Shown here: positions 19,623 to 31,818 of the stretch, in pieces
Layout of the letters: each line of letters opens with the position of its first letter
Numbering within the stretch: position 1 is the first letter of the stretch
NCBI GenBank assembly: GCA_902573735.1
Contig: CACGLH010000006.1
Location: 13,282 to 77,281 of the forward strand
Direction: 5' to 3'
DNA length: 64,000 nt
Source of the DNA: an uncultured Alphaproteobacteria bacterium
GTDB lineage: Bacteria; Pseudomonadota; Alphaproteobacteria; Rhodobacterales; Rhodobacteraceae
Notes under the pieces: generated by a model
What the model was told of the DNA's origin: nothing
Database searches by the model: none
What the model saw: the letters and a program-made list of their open reading frames with translations, nothing else
Program-made: the position numbers and the translations under genes

Positions 19623-20969
19623 ATGGTTAGGAAAATATTTGGAACTGATGGCATTAGGGGAAAAGTCAACTCTGAATTTATTAATGCAGAATTTGCTCAA
19701 AAATTAGGTATTGCTTGTGGCAAATATTTCTTATCAAAGAGTGGTAGTGAAAGATCCAATAGAGTAATTATTGGTAAAGATACTAGACGATCGGGTTACA
19801 TGTTAGAGACCGCTCTTACATCTGGTTTTACATCAATTGGTATGGATGTATTTCTTTTAGGACCTATACCTACACCTGCAGTTGGTATGTTAACAAGATC
19901 CATGAGAGCAGATCTAGGTGTAATGATATCTGCATCACATAATAATTTTGAAGATAATGGAATTAAATTTTTTGGTCCTGACGGTTTCAAATTATCTGAT
20001 CGTGTAGAGAAAGATATAGAAAGATTAATATTTGATAAAATTGATCTTGTTGGTCCTTCATTAGTTGGCCGAGTAAAAAGGATAGATGAAGTATTAGGAA
20101 GATATACTGAGGCTGTAAAAAAAAGTTTGCCAAAGAATTTGAATTTAAGAAATTTAAAAATAGTAGTTGATTGTGCCAATGGTTCTGCATACAAATGCGC
20201 TCCGCAAATTCTTTGGGAATTGGGAGCTAAAGTAATACCTCTCGGAGTAGATCCCAATGGTTTTAATATAAATTTAAATTGTGGTTCTACTAATACACTT
20301 AAGGCTGCAGAATTGGTAAGAGAGCATAATGCTGATTTAGCAATTTGCTTAGATGGAGATGCTGATAGGGTAATATTACTTGATGAAAAAGGTAAAGAAA
20401 TAGATGGTGATCAATTAATTGCGCTTATTGCAAGAAATCTGAAAATGGAAAAAACGCTACAAGGTAACTCTGTAGTTTCAACGGTAATGTCAAATTTAGG
20501 ATTACAAAAATACCTTAATAATTTAGGTTTGAATTTATTTCGCACACCGGTTGGTGATAGGTATGTTGCTGAAAAAATGAATATGAACGGATTTAATTTT
20601 GGTGGTGAGAAATCCGGTCATATCATAATGACAGATTATTCATCTACTGGAGATGGATTATTAGCTGCACTTCATTTTTTATCAATTCTTAAAAAATCAA
20701 AAAAAACTACAAGCGAACTCTTAAATGTTTTTGATCCATTTCCACAAAAATTAGTAAATTTAACATTTGAACCTGAAAATGATCCTTTAGAAAATTTAGA
20801 ATTTAAAAAAACTATTGAAAAACTGAGTAGTAAAATTGCAAATAATGGAGAAATCTTAGTTCGAAAGTCTGGAACTGAACCCATTATTAGGATTATGATT
20901 CAACATTCTAATTCAAAAATGATTGCTCCAATTTTGAAAGAAATTGAAAATAAGATATCAAATTTATAA
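19623..20969 (+). CDS. glmM: Phosphoglucosamine mutase
   Basis: FGTDGIRG start, active-site SASHNNFEDNGIK and GDADR motifs. Has the conserved folP-glmM linkage. Confidence 0.95.
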   Translation: MVRKIFGTDGIRGKVNSEFINAEFAQKLGIACGKYFLSKSGSERSNRVIIGKDTRRSGYMLETALTSGFTSIGMDVFLLGPIPTPAVGMLTRSMRADLGVMISASHNNFEDNGIKFFGPDGFKLSDRVEKDIERLIFDKIDLVGPSLVGRVKRIDEVLGRYTEAVKKSLPKNLNLRNLKIVVDCANGSAYKCAPQILWELGAKVIPLGVDPNGFNINLNCGSTNTLKAAELVREHNADLAICLDGDADRVILLDEKGKEIDGDQLIALIARNLKMEKTLQGNSVVSTVMSNLGLQKYLNNLGLNLFRTPVGDRYVAEKMNMNGFNFGGEKSGHIIMTDYSSTGDGLLAALHFLSILKKSKKTTSELLNVFDPFPQKLVNLTFEPENDPLENLEFKKTIEKLSSKIANNGEILVRKSGTEPIIRIMIQHSNSKMIAPILKEIENKISNL

Positions 20970-20974
20970 TTTTA

Positions 20975-21883
20975 CTATACTTTTTTTGACTGACAAATAA
21001 TAATGCCAATCAATATTAAAAATGATGAAAGAAAAAAATTATTTGGTAACATTTCTTTGAGTAATAGAAAACCAAAAATCGTTGACCAAAGTGGAACCTT
21101 GTAATTCACTAAGCTCAAAAATATTGGACCTTCTTTTTTGATTAAATAGACTAAAATTATTGTCGCCACACCTGTTGGTATTATTCCAAGATATAAAATT
21201 GCAAAAATAGATTGCAAATCAATTTTATTTGGAAATAAACCTTGTTTAACTAAAAAAGGTGAGCTTAAGACAGAAGCTATAAATAGGGCATGTGTTGTAA
21301 AAGATAGCAAGTTTTCAATTTCAGCTTTATTTATAATTATAGCTCCAAATGAGTAAGAGATTGGGGCAAGTATGCATAAAAATATAAATATAAAATGTAT
21401 TTCTTGGTTATTATCTAAATCTTCGGATGCTTTGGAGATAACTAAAAGAGCTGAGCCACTCAACCCAATTATGATACCAAATAATTTTTTGGATGAAATC
21501 GGTTCATATTTAAATAGAAAAAGTGAAAAAATAGTTATTAATAAAGGTATAATGGCCATACAAAGACCAACAAATATTGTAGAAAAGTTTACTTGTGCTA
21601 TTGCCAAAATAGTAAATGGTAATAAATTCGATAAAACAGCAACTCCAATGCAAAATAACCAATATCTTTTTGGTTTATAAATATTAAATATTTCTATTTT
21701 GAAAATTAAAGAAAATAAAAAAACTATAAAAAAACCTATTATTATCCTTAGAGATGAGATTTGAATTGGTTCGAATGCAATAATTGCATATTTTATTGAT
21801 AAAAATGAACTTCCCCAAATTACCCCAAGAATAGAAATTAAAATCCAGGATATTGGGTTTTGATTTATTGTTTTAAAAAACAT
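20975..21883 (-). CDS. EamA/DMT-family transporter
   Basis: 302 aa with about 10 predicted TM helices and the duplicated EamA-like architecture. Confidence 0.7.
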   Translation of the reverse strand: MFFKTINQNPISWILISILGVIWGSSFLSIKYAIIAFEPIQISSLRIIIGFFIVFLFSLIFKIEIFNIYKPKRYWLFCIGVAVLSNLLPFTILAIAQVNFSTIFVGLCMAIIPLLITIFSLFLFKYEPISSKKLFGIIIGLSGSALLVISKASEDLDNNQEIHFIFIFLCILAPISYSFGAIIINKAEIENLLSFTTHALFIASVLSSPFLVKQGLFPNKIDLQSIFAILYLGIIPTGVATIILVYLIKKEGPIFLSLVNYKVPLWSTIFGFLLLKEMLPNNFFLSSFLILIGIIICQSKKV

Positions 21884-21974
21884 CTTTAGAATTTTTAAAT
21901 TAATTTAAAGTAATACTTGAAGTTAATCCAATTAAATATTATCGGATAAATATGATCACTTACATTTTTTTGTC

Positions 21975-23141
21975 ATGTTAGAAAAGCCAAATAAAACACC
22001 AAAACGTCCAAACTTTTCGTGTGGTCCTTGTGTCAAGAGACCTGGGTGGACAATCAAAAATCTAAACACTTTGGATTTACTTGGGAGGTCTCATCGATCT
22101 GACATTTGTTTAAAAAATTTAAATGAGGTTATAAAATTAACAAAAGAAACTTTGGATATTCCTATTGATTATAAAGTTGCAATTGTCCCAGGTTCTAATA
22201 CTGGAGCTTTTGAGATGGCTTTATGGTCAATGATAGGCCCTTTACCGGTTGATGCTTTGGCTTGGGAAACTTTTGGAAGTGGATGGATATATGATCTAAA
22301 AGACCAACTAAAAATAAAAGATCTGAGAATACATAAAGCTGATTATTCAAGTATTCCTAATTTATCTTTGGTTAGTGATGAATCGGATATTTGCTTTACA
22401 TGGAATGGAACAACTTCAGGAGTAAAAGTTCCTAATGCTGATTGGATAAGTGAAAACAGAAAAGGAATTACTTTTTGTGATGCAACATCTGCAATCTATT
22501 CTCAAGAATTAGACTGGAATAAAATTGATGTAGCAACATTTTCATGGCAAAAGTCAATGGGTGGTGAAGGGGGTCATGGTATTTTAATTATAAGTCCTAA
22601 AGCAATTGAAAGATTAAAAAATTTTAAGCCTGATAGACCATTACCCAAACTATTTAGGCTTATGAAAGATAACGAAATTTTAGATGGGATATATGAAGGA
22701 AAAACAATTAATACCCCTTCAATGCTTTGTGTTGCAGATGCTTTAGATTCTTTATTATGGATAAAAAAATTAGGAGGATGGAAACAAACTTATAAAAAAT
22801 CTATGGAAAACTTCAAAGTTTTATCTGATTGGTATGAGAACAGAGAATGGGTGTCAAACAGTGTTAAAGATAAAACAATACAATCAAATTCTTCTATATG
22901 TCTAGATATTAATGATAAAAGATTTTTGAAATTAGATATTCAAAATAAATGGATTTTTATTCAAGAGATGTGTTCTATACTTGAACAAAACAATGCAGCA
23001 TTTGATATAAAAGGCCATCGAGATGCTCCACCAGGTTTAAGGATTTGGTGTGGTCCAACGGTTGAAGAAGACGATTTGAGAGCGTTATTACCATGGTTAG
23101 ACTGGTCATTTGAAATTGTGAAAAATGACTTTTTTAACTAA
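21975..23141 (+). CDS. serC: Phosphoserine aminotransferase (alphaproteobacterial/archaeal-type)
   Basis: 388 aa with PNFSCGPCVKRPGW near the N-terminus and the WQKSMGGEGG PLP-lysine region. Adjacent to serA. Confidence 0.8.
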   Translation: MLEKPNKTPKRPNFSCGPCVKRPGWTIKNLNTLDLLGRSHRSDICLKNLNEVIKLTKETLDIPIDYKVAIVPGSNTGAFEMALWSMIGPLPVDALAWETFGSGWIYDLKDQLKIKDLRIHKADYSSIPNLSLVSDESDICFTWNGTTSGVKVPNADWISENRKGITFCDATSAIYSQELDWNKIDVATFSWQKSMGGEGGHGILIISPKAIERLKNFKPDRPLPKLFRLMKDNEILDGIYEGKTINTPSMLCVADALDSLLWIKKLGGWKQTYKKSMENFKVLSDWYENREWVSNSVKDKTIQSNSSICLDINDKRFLKLDIQNKWIFIQEMCSILEQNNAAFDIKGHRDAPPGLRIWCGPTVEEDDLRALLPWLDWSFEIVKNDFFN

Positions 23142-23149
23142 ATTAGGAA

Positions 23150-24757
23150 TTGATCAAATTGACCTATAAAGTTCTAATCTCAGATAATTTATCAAAAGAT
23201 ATAATTTATAAATTTAATGAAGCTGATATAGATGTAGTTTACAGTCCTGAAATGGGAAAGAATAGTTCATTGATTTTAAATGAGATTCATAATTTTGATG
23301 CTATAGCTATAAGATCTGATACTAAAATAAATTCTGCACTATTAAATAAAGCAACCAAATTAAAAGTTATAGGAAGAGCTGGTATAGGTATTGATAATAT
23401 AGATCTAAAATTAGCATCTAATAAAGGTATTGTAGTAATGAATACACCTTTTGGAAATGCAACTACCACCGCAGAACATACTATGGCTATGATTTTTTCA
23501 TCAGCAAGGAAGATACCTGCTGCAAATGAATCAACACATAGTGGAAAGTGGGAAAAAAATAATTTTATAGGTACTGAATTATCAGGTAAAAAATTAGGTG
23601 TTGTTGGTGTTGGAAATATTGGATCAATAGTGGTATCATTGGCACAATCTATAGGTATGGAAATTATTGCTTATGATCCTTTTTTATCCAATGAAAGAGC
23701 AAAAAACCTTAAGGTTTCAAAAACTACTTGTCTTTCTGAATTATTATCTCAGTCTGATATTGTAACCCTTCATTTACCAATAAATGAAAACACAAATAAT
23801 ATTATTTCTAACGAAAATATTTTTAAAATGAAAAAAGGATCAATATTAATTAATTGTGCCAGAGGTGGATTGGTAGACGAGAATGCAGTTGTCGATGCTA
23901 TCCAAAAAAACCACTTATCAGCTGCCGCATTTGATGTGTATCTTGAAGAACCTGCCTTATCAAATCCCTTGTTTGGTTTAAAAAATGTAATTTGTACTCC
24001 ACATCTTGGTGCTTCAACTACTGAAGCGCAAGAAAAGGTTTCATTTCAAATCGCTGAACAGATAATAGATTATCTAAATAATGGAGCTATTACTAATGCA
24101 TTAAATGCTCCCCCTATTGATTCTAAAGAGGCTCCCTTGCTAAACCCTTGGATTAAATTAGCTAAAAATTTAGGATCTTTTGTTGGACAAATTACTGACG
24201 CACCTATTTTATATATCGAGATCGAATATGTAGGGAAGGTTGGGGAATTAAATTTCAAACCTATTTCTTCGGTTCTAATAGCTGAAATTTTGAAACCACT
24301 AGTTGGAGGTGGATTGGTTAATATGGTATCTGCTCCTCTAATTGCGAGAAATAAGGGAATTAAAATTTCAGAAATTCGAAGAGACACTCAAGGAGCCTTT
24401 GATTCTTACATAAGAGTTGTTTTAAATCATGAGAATATTTTATTCTCAATTGCGGGGACAATATATTCAGATGGCAAACCTAGATTTATTCAAATAAACA
24501 GTATCAATTTAGAAGCAGAACCAGTTAATCATATGCTATACACAACTAATATTGATAAACCAGGTTACATTGGAGCACTTGGAATGGTATTAGGTGATGC
24601 AAATGTAAATATAGCCACTTTTTCTTTGGGGAGAGACAAAAAAAATGGTAAAGCCTTGGCCTTATTAGGTGTAGATGAAGCTATATCTGATAATGTTATT
24701 GAAAAAATAAAAAAACTCCCTCAAGTGGAAAAAGCTAAATCTTTAAATTTTTTTTAA
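23150..24757 (+). CDS. serA: D-3-phosphoglycerate dehydrogenase (long form with ACT domain)
   Basis: 535 aa with the NAD-binding GVVGVGNIGS motif, CTPHLGAST and a C-terminal ACT-like segment. Confidence 0.9.
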   Translation: MIKLTYKVLISDNLSKDIIYKFNEADIDVVYSPEMGKNSSLILNEIHNFDAIAIRSDTKINSALLNKATKLKVIGRAGIGIDNIDLKLASNKGIVVMNTPFGNATTTAEHTMAMIFSSARKIPAANESTHSGKWEKNNFIGTELSGKKLGVVGVGNIGSIVVSLAQSIGMEIIAYDPFLSNERAKNLKVSKTTCLSELLSQSDIVTLHLPINENTNNIISNENIFKMKKGSILINCARGGLVDENAVVDAIQKNHLSAAAFDVYLEEPALSNPLFGLKNVICTPHLGASTTEAQEKVSFQIAEQIIDYLNNGAITNALNAPPIDSKEAPLLNPWIKLAKNLGSFVGQITDAPILYIEIEYVGKVGELNFKPISSVLIAEILKPLVGGGLVNMVSAPLIARNKGIKISEIRRDTQGAFDSYIRVVLNHENILFSIAGTIYSDGKPRFIQINSINLEAEPVNHMLYTTNIDKPGYIGALGMVLGDANVNIATFSLGRDKKNGKALALLGVDEAISDNVIEKIKKLPQVEKAKSLNFF

Positions 24758-24789
24758 AATATAATGAAAATTTTTATTAAAAATATTAA

Positions 24790-26109
<1,320 letters not shown>

Positions 26110-26112
26110 TTT

Positions 26113-26325
26113 ATGTTAAAAATTAAGCAAAGAAAAAAAATAGCATACTTTGTATTATTTATTTTTTTACCATTATACATTATTTTTGTAGTCTCAATTC
26201 TCAATTATGTTGGGCGATTAAATATTTGGTTAGAATTTTTGACTTATATATTACTAGGCATAATATGGGTTTTTCCTTTTAAGTTTGTATTTAAAGGGTT
26301 AGCTTCCAAAAATATAAGTAAATAA
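26113..26325 (+). CDS. Small two-TM membrane protein (DUF2842-like)
   Basis: 70 aa with two hydrophobic helices and a basic N-terminus. It sits 3 nt after purA. Confidence 0.5.
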   Translation: MLKIKQRKKIAYFVLFIFLPLYIIFVVSILNYVGRLNIWLEFLTYILLGIIWVFPFKFVFKGLASKNISK

Positions 26326-26357
26326 TTCTTGATAATTAATTTAATAGGTCTTTTATT

Positions 26358-27014
26358 ATGGTTCTTAAAAACTATGATACACCCTTAACAATTGTTGGTG
26401 GAGGAGAATTTTCTAGCACAAATTTTCACAAATGCCTTAAAATAGCTCCCAAAATAATAGCTGTGGACTCAGGATTAAATTTCTTAGATATAAACAAAAA
26501 TGTTCCAGATTGGATTATAGGAGATCTTGATTCTGTAAAAAACTTAAAAGTTTGGAAGCTAAAGGGATCTAATATAAAAAAAATACAAGAACAAGAAACT
26601 ACAGATTTTGAAAAATGTCTATATTCATTCAACGCTCCATTTTTCTTAGGTAACGCTTTTTTGGGTGAAAGAATAGACCATTCAATGGCAGCTATCTCTA
26701 CTTTAGTTAAAATGAAAGATAAGAAAGTTTTTCTTTTGGGTAAAAGAGATTTCCTTTTTCATATAAATAAAAAAATTCAACTTAATTTAGAAATTGGTAC
26801 AAGAATTTCCTTGTTTCCACTTAAAGATGTTGTAGGGATATCAAGTGAAGGTCTTAAATATGGAATTAAAGGGGTTTGTTTTTCTCCAGGCTTTAAAATT
26901 GGTACATCTAACGAAGTTTTAAATTCTAAAGTGAAAATTGAATTAAGTGGTACAGGAATGATAATTATTTTACCAATAAAATCTTTTGATAAAATTGTGA
27001 ATTTTATGAACTGA
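26358..27014 (+). CDS. Thiamine pyrophosphokinase
   Basis: IIGDLDS and QETTDFEKCL motifs characteristic of TPK. Confidence 0.65.
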   Translation: MVLKNYDTPLTIVGGGEFSSTNFHKCLKIAPKIIAVDSGLNFLDINKNVPDWIIGDLDSVKNLKVWKLKGSNIKKIQEQETTDFEKCLYSFNAPFFLGNAFLGERIDHSMAAISTLVKMKDKKVFLLGKRDFLFHINKKIQLNLEIGTRISLFPLKDVVGISSEGLKYGIKGVCFSPGFKIGTSNEVLNSKVKIELSGTGMIIILPIKSFDKIVNFMN

Positions 27015-27019
27015 AATTA

Positions 27020-28423
27020 TCAACATTCTATAACATTTACAGCCAATCCTCCCTTTGATGTTTCTTTGTATTTTTCCATCATATCTTTTCCTGTTTCAAA
27101 CATTGTTTTAATACAAGCATCTAAACTTACAAGATGAATTCCGTCTCCTCTTAAAGATAATGAAGCAGCTGAAACTGCTTTAATTGCACCTAACCCATTT
27201 CTTTCTATGCATGGAGCCTGTACCAACCCCTTTATTGGATCACAGGTCATTCCAAGGTGATGCTCTAAAGCAATTTCCGCTGCATTCTCTATTTGTAAAC
27301 TATTTCCTCCTAAAATTGCACATAAAGCACCAGCTGCCATTGCAGAAGCAGAACCTACTTCCCCTTGACACCCAACTTCCGCTCCTGAAATAGATGCATT
27401 TGACTTCAAAATCCCCCCTATAGCAGCTGCAGTTAGAAGATAATCTTCAATTTTTTTTTGATCAGCATTGGGTACATGATTTAAATAATACATAAAAGTA
27501 GCAGGTATTACACCTGCAGCTCCATTAGTAGGTGCAGTAACAATTTTACCACCTGCTGCATTTTCTTCATTTACTGCCATAGCATATAAAGAAATCCAAT
27601 CATTTATTATATGGGGTGCAATAGTATTTGATCCAATTTCTGAATTAAGAGAATCGAATATTGACTTAGCTCTTCTTCTTACGTTTAATCCACCTGGGAG
27701 TATTCCATCTCTTTTTAATCCGTAGTTAATACTATTAGACATTGTATTCCATAACTCAGAAATACCCTTTTTAAGTTTTTCTTCAGAAATAAAAACTAAT
27801 TCATTTTGTCTTTTCATTTCAGATATTGAAATTTTATGTTTTTTAGAAAGATCAAGCATTTCTTCTGCCGTTGAAAAAGGGTATGGAACTTCTTCATCAA
27901 TTTCTACCTCGCTCGGATTTTCAAGTTCTTTGATAGTTTTTATAAACCCCCCGCCAACTGAAAAATACGTTTGTGTAGCGCACAAGTTTTCATCCCTATC
28001 ATATACAGAAAAAATCATACCATTTGCGTGTTGTTTTAGTGCTGGACCATAATTAAAGATAATATCTCTAGTAGGGTAAAATTTTATTTCTGGAAAACCT
28101 TTTACAGTGATATGGTCATATTTAGATATTTCTTTTTCAATTTCTATACCTATTTTCTCATTATATGAAGAAGGAATAATCCCAGCCATACCATGTAATA
28201 TAGCCTTGTCTGTATAATGTCCTTTTCCTGTAAATGATAGTGAACCATAAAGAGTACACGTTATTCTGAAAAATGATTTTGATCCAGGTATAATATTTGA
28301 TCTATTATTTATAAAATTTAAAAATAAAGAAGTTGCTACCATTGGTCCATTTGTATGAGAGCTAGAAGGTCCAACTCCCACCTTAAATATATCAAAAACG
28401 CTTAAAAACAAAAATATCACCAA
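27020..28423 (-). CDS. sdaA: L-serine ammonia-lyase (single-chain Fe-S type)
   Basis: FDIFKVGVGPSSSHTNGPM N-terminus and the C-terminal alpha-domain motif HLGMTCDP. Confidence 0.9.
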   Translation of the reverse strand: MVIFLFLSVFDIFKVGVGPSSSHTNGPMVATSLFLNFINNRSNIIPGSKSFFRITCTLYGSLSFTGKGHYTDKAILHGMAGIIPSSYNEKIGIEIEKEISKYDHITVKGFPEIKFYPTRDIIFNYGPALKQHANGMIFSVYDRDENLCATQTYFSVGGGFIKTIKELENPSEVEIDEEVPYPFSTAEEMLDLSKKHKISISEMKRQNELVFISEEKLKKGISELWNTMSNSINYGLKRDGILPGGLNVRRRAKSIFDSLNSEIGSNTIAPHIINDWISLYAMAVNEENAAGGKIVTAPTNGAAGVIPATFMYYLNHVPNADQKKIEDYLLTAAAIGGILKSNASISGAEVGCQGEVGSASAMAAGALCAILGGNSLQIENAAEIALEHHLGMTCDPIKGLVQAPCIERNGLGAIKAVSAASLSLRGDGIHLVSLDACIKTMFETGKDMMEKYKETSKGGLAVNVIEC

Positions 28424-28527
28424 TTAATTATTTTTAATTTTATGTTTACTAAATTATTTTTTCTTATTTGACTACAGTAAGTATAAAATTTTAAATAATA
28501 AATCAAAGTTTTTTGGAGGAGAATTAA

Positions 28528-29250
28528 TTGCCTGAGAATAATTCAAATAAAGATATTGGAAAAAAAATTGCTGCAGAAGAAGCGCTAAATTTTGTTCATT
28601 CTGAAATGGTTATTGGTTTAGGAACAGGTTCAACAGCAAAGATTTTCGTAGATTTATTATCCCAAAAATATTTCAAAGAAAATCTAAATATTAAGGTTCT
28701 AGCAACATCATCCTCTACTGAATTTCAATCTAAAAGTTTAGGTTTACCAATTACTTCAATAGATACTGTAAATTACGTCGATCTTACTATAGATGGTGCT
28801 GATGAAGTGGATTCAGATCTTAATCTTTTAAAAGGTGGTGGTGGAGCGTTACTTCAAGAAAAAATAATGGCCTCTTACAGTAAAAAAATGATTGTAATTG
28901 TTGATAATAGTAAAGTTGTTACCAATTTAGGAAAGTTTCCACTTCCAATAGAAATAGTTAAATTTGGTAGTAAATGTACTCAAAAACAAATAGAAAACAC
29001 ACTTTTAGAGTTAGGATATTCAGATTTTTCAATTAACTTTAGAAAAGAAAATGGTGATTACTTTGTTACTGATGAAAAGCATTTTATTCTTGATTTAAGT
29101 CTTAAAAAAATCACTGATCCATATATTTTGGATAAGAAAATAAAAAAGGTTGTTGGTGTAGTGGAAACAGGATTATTCATTAATATGGCAAGTTCAGTGA
29201 TCATTGGAAACAATGATGGAAGTTTCAAGTTAATCGAACATAAAGGATAA
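28528..29250 (+). CDS. rpiA: Ribose-5-phosphate isomerase A
   Basis: GLGTGSTA, DGADEVD and GGGGALLQEK motifs. TTG start. Confidence 0.9.
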   Translation: MPENNSNKDIGKKIAAEEALNFVHSEMVIGLGTGSTAKIFVDLLSQKYFKENLNIKVLATSSSTEFQSKSLGLPITSIDTVNYVDLTIDGADEVDSDLNLLKGGGGALLQEKIMASYSKKMIVIVDNSKVVTNLGKFPLPIEIVKFGSKCTQKQIENTLLELGYSDFSINFRKENGDYFVTDEKHFILDLSLKKITDPYILDKKIKKVVGVVETGLFINMASSVIIGNNDGSFKLIEHKG

Positions 29251-29253
29251 ATT

Positions 29254-30594
29254 TTGGAAAAATATGATTTTGATCTCTTTATAATAGGCGCTGGGTCAGG
29301 TGGAGTTAGAGCTGCAAGACTTGCTTCAAAATTAGGTAAACGAGTTGGAATTGCCGAGGAATATAGGTTTGGAGGAACTTGTGTAATTCGAGGATGTGTT
29401 CCAAAAAAATTAATGGTTTTTGCTAGTTCATACTCAAAAATTTTTCAAGAATCAGTTGGATTTGGGTGGGATCAAAAAGAGCTTTTATTTTCGTGGGATA
29501 AATTTTCCAAAAGTATGAACTCTGAAATTGACCGTTTAGAACAAATTTACAATGAATTGCTTTCATCATCCAAAGTAAAAATTTTTCAACAAAAAGCAAA
29601 GTTGACTAGTTCAAACTCTATAATTTTAAACGATAAAACAGAAGTTACTTCAAAATATGTTTTAATTGCAACTGGTGGGGAGCCCTTAAAGCTAGATGTT
29701 GAGGGAGGTGATTTGACAATCACTTCTAATGATATTTTTAACCTCAAGCATTTACCACAAAAGATGGTCATTATTGGTGGCGGTTACATAGCCTGTGAAT
29801 TTGCATCAATTTTCAACGGTTTTGGAACTGAGGTTTCTATAGTATACCGTGGTGATAGAATTTTACGTGGATTTGATAATGATATTAGAGAAAGTATTGA
29901 GAAAGCTTTTTTACAAAAAGGTATTAAAATTCTGAACAATTGCTCTCCTAAATCCATAAGATCTAAACATGATAAGTTTGAACTTCAATTGAGTAATAAA
30001 CAATTAATTAATACTGATATAGTTTTGTCAGCAATCGGCAGAAAACCAAATACTGAAAATCTTGGATTAGATATATTAAAATTGGATTTAACAAAACAAG
30101 GAGCTATTAGGGTTAATAAGTTTCAACAAACATCACAAAAATCAATATTTGCAATTGGAGATGTGACTAATAGACTGAATTTGACACCTGTTGCAATAAG
30201 AGATGCAGTGGCATTAATAAATACTATTTTTGGAGAAAAAAAACAGTCACCTGATCATAAATTGGTTCCAACAGCCGTTTTTACAAAACCAGAAGTTGGG
30301 ACGGTCGGTTTGACAGAAACAGAGGCAAGAAAAAATTTTAATGTAAAAATCTTTAAGACTTATTTTTCTAGTTTAGGAAGTAAAATTAAAAATAATCAGG
30401 AAAAAATTATGATGAAATTGGTAGTTTGTAATAGAACTGATAAAATTCTGGGGTGTCATATTGTTGGGGATGGTGCAAGTGAAATGATTCAAATGTTTGG
30501 TATATCAATGAAAATGGGAGTTAAGAAAAAAGATCTTGATTCTACATGTGCCGTACATCCCACAATTGCAGAGGAGATTGTTACTTTAAGTTAA
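29254..30594 (+). CDS. gor: Glutathione-disulfide reductase
   Basis: GAGSGGV FAD motif, redox-active GGTCVIRGCVPKK and the C-terminal HPTIAEE motif. Confidence 0.8.
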   Translation: MEKYDFDLFIIGAGSGGVRAARLASKLGKRVGIAEEYRFGGTCVIRGCVPKKLMVFASSYSKIFQESVGFGWDQKELLFSWDKFSKSMNSEIDRLEQIYNELLSSSKVKIFQQKAKLTSSNSIILNDKTEVTSKYVLIATGGEPLKLDVEGGDLTITSNDIFNLKHLPQKMVIIGGGYIACEFASIFNGFGTEVSIVYRGDRILRGFDNDIRESIEKAFLQKGIKILNNCSPKSIRSKHDKFELQLSNKQLINTDIVLSAIGRKPNTENLGLDILKLDLTKQGAIRVNKFQQTSQKSIFAIGDVTNRLNLTPVAIRDAVALINTIFGEKKQSPDHKLVPTAVFTKPEVGTVGLTETEARKNFNVKIFKTYFSSLGSKIKNNQEKIMMKLVVCNRTDKILGCHIVGDGASEMIQMFGISMKMGVKKKDLDSTCAVHPTIAEEIVTLS

Positions 30595-30651
30595 AATGTT
30601 CTCTTGAAATTTTGTTAATAAGCCACAATTAAATAGAAACAAATTAAGGAT

Positions 30652-31818
30652 ATGAATATGCCCTACAAAGATGACTCTGATGGCCCTTGGGGATCTGGAA
30701 AAAAGAAGGATAAAAATAGTAATGGAAATAAAAGCCCTTGGGGTGGAAATTCTGGAAATAATGGAAGTGGGCCTGGCCAAGGTGATATTGGAATACCTGA
30801 AATTGATCAAATCGTAAAAAAAGGTCAGGAAAGACTTAAAGTTCTTATGGGTGGTAGAGGTGGATCTTCAGGTGGTAGTGGACCTGGCAGAGGAGGTGCG
30901 CCTAATTTCGGTAAAAGTACTCTATCACTTATACTAGTAGGTATTTTAGTAATTTGGGCATTTTTATCTTTTTACACTGTTAAACCTGAAGAAAAGTCAA
31001 TCGAACTATTCTTTGGAGAATATTACGATACTGGTGAATCAGGCCTTAATTTTGCACCATGGCCTCTCATTACGCACGAAGTTCTTACAGTTACTAGAGA
31101 AAATACCGAAGATATTGGTGTTGGTGGTAGAGGAGGAAGACAAGATGAAGGTTTGATGCTTACAGGTGACGAAAATATAGTTGATATTGACTTTCAAGTT
31201 GTTTGGAATATTTCTGATCCTGCAAAATTTTTATTTAACTTAGCTGACCCTACAGAGACAATCAGAGCTGTATCAGAATCCGCAATGAGAGAGGTTATTG
31301 GTAGATCTGAACTGAGTCCTATTCTTAACAGGGATAGAGCTTTGGTAAGTGCCGATGTTAGAGAATTGATTCAAAATATTTTAGATACATATAGTAGTGG
31401 TGTAAATATAGTTCGTTTAAATTTTGACAAAGCTGATCCACCTGGAGAAGTTATTGATGCCTTTAGAGATGTACAAGCCGCTGAACAAGAAAGAGATACT
31501 TTAGAGAAAAAAGCGGATGCTTATGAATATCAAGCACTTGCTCAGGCGCGAGGAGAAGCAGAACAATTAAAACAAGAAGCTGAAGGTTATAAAGCTAGGG
31601 TAATAAACGAAGCTACAGGTGAGGCAAGCAGATTCATAGCCATTTATAACGAATATGTAAGTGCTAAAGATGTTACTAGAAAAAGATTATATATAGATTC
31701 TATGGAAAAGGTTTTGGGAGATGTAGATAAAGTAATCCTAGACCAAAACTCAGATGCAGGACAAGGAGTTGTTCCATATCTTCCTTTGAATCAGTTAAGA
31801 ACAGGGAGTAATAACTAA
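30652..31818 (+). CDS. hflK: Protease modulator HflK
   Basis: Gly/Ser/Asn-rich N-terminus, one TM helix and an SPFH/band-7 domain. 1-nt overlap (TAATG) with hflC. Confidence 0.9.
   Translation: MNMPYKDDSDGPWGSGKKKDKNSNGNKSPWGGNSGNNGSGPGQGDIGIPEIDQIVKKGQERLKVLMGGRGGSSGGSGPGRGGAPNFGKSTLSLILVGILVIWAFLSFYTVKPEEKSIELFFGEYYDTGESGLNFAPWPLITHEVLTVTRENTEDIGVGGRGGRQDEGLMLTGDENIVDIDFQVVWNISDPAKFLFNLADPTETIRAVSESAMREVIGRSELSPILNRDRALVSADVRELIQNILDTYSSGVNIVRLNFDKADPPGEVIDAFRDVQAAEQERDTLEKKADAYEYQALAQARGEAEQLKQEAEGYKARVINEATGEASRFIAIYNEYVSAKDVTRKRLYIDSMEKVLGDVDKVILDQNSDAGQGVVPYLPLNQLRTGSNN

Noticed and set aside
30700-30910. Gly/Ser/Asn-rich repetitive stretch and locally higher G+C across hflK-hflC-degP
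   Set aside because: A Gly-rich N-terminal tail is a normal feature of HflK. The higher G+C is consistent with strongly conserved core genes rather than foreign DNA.
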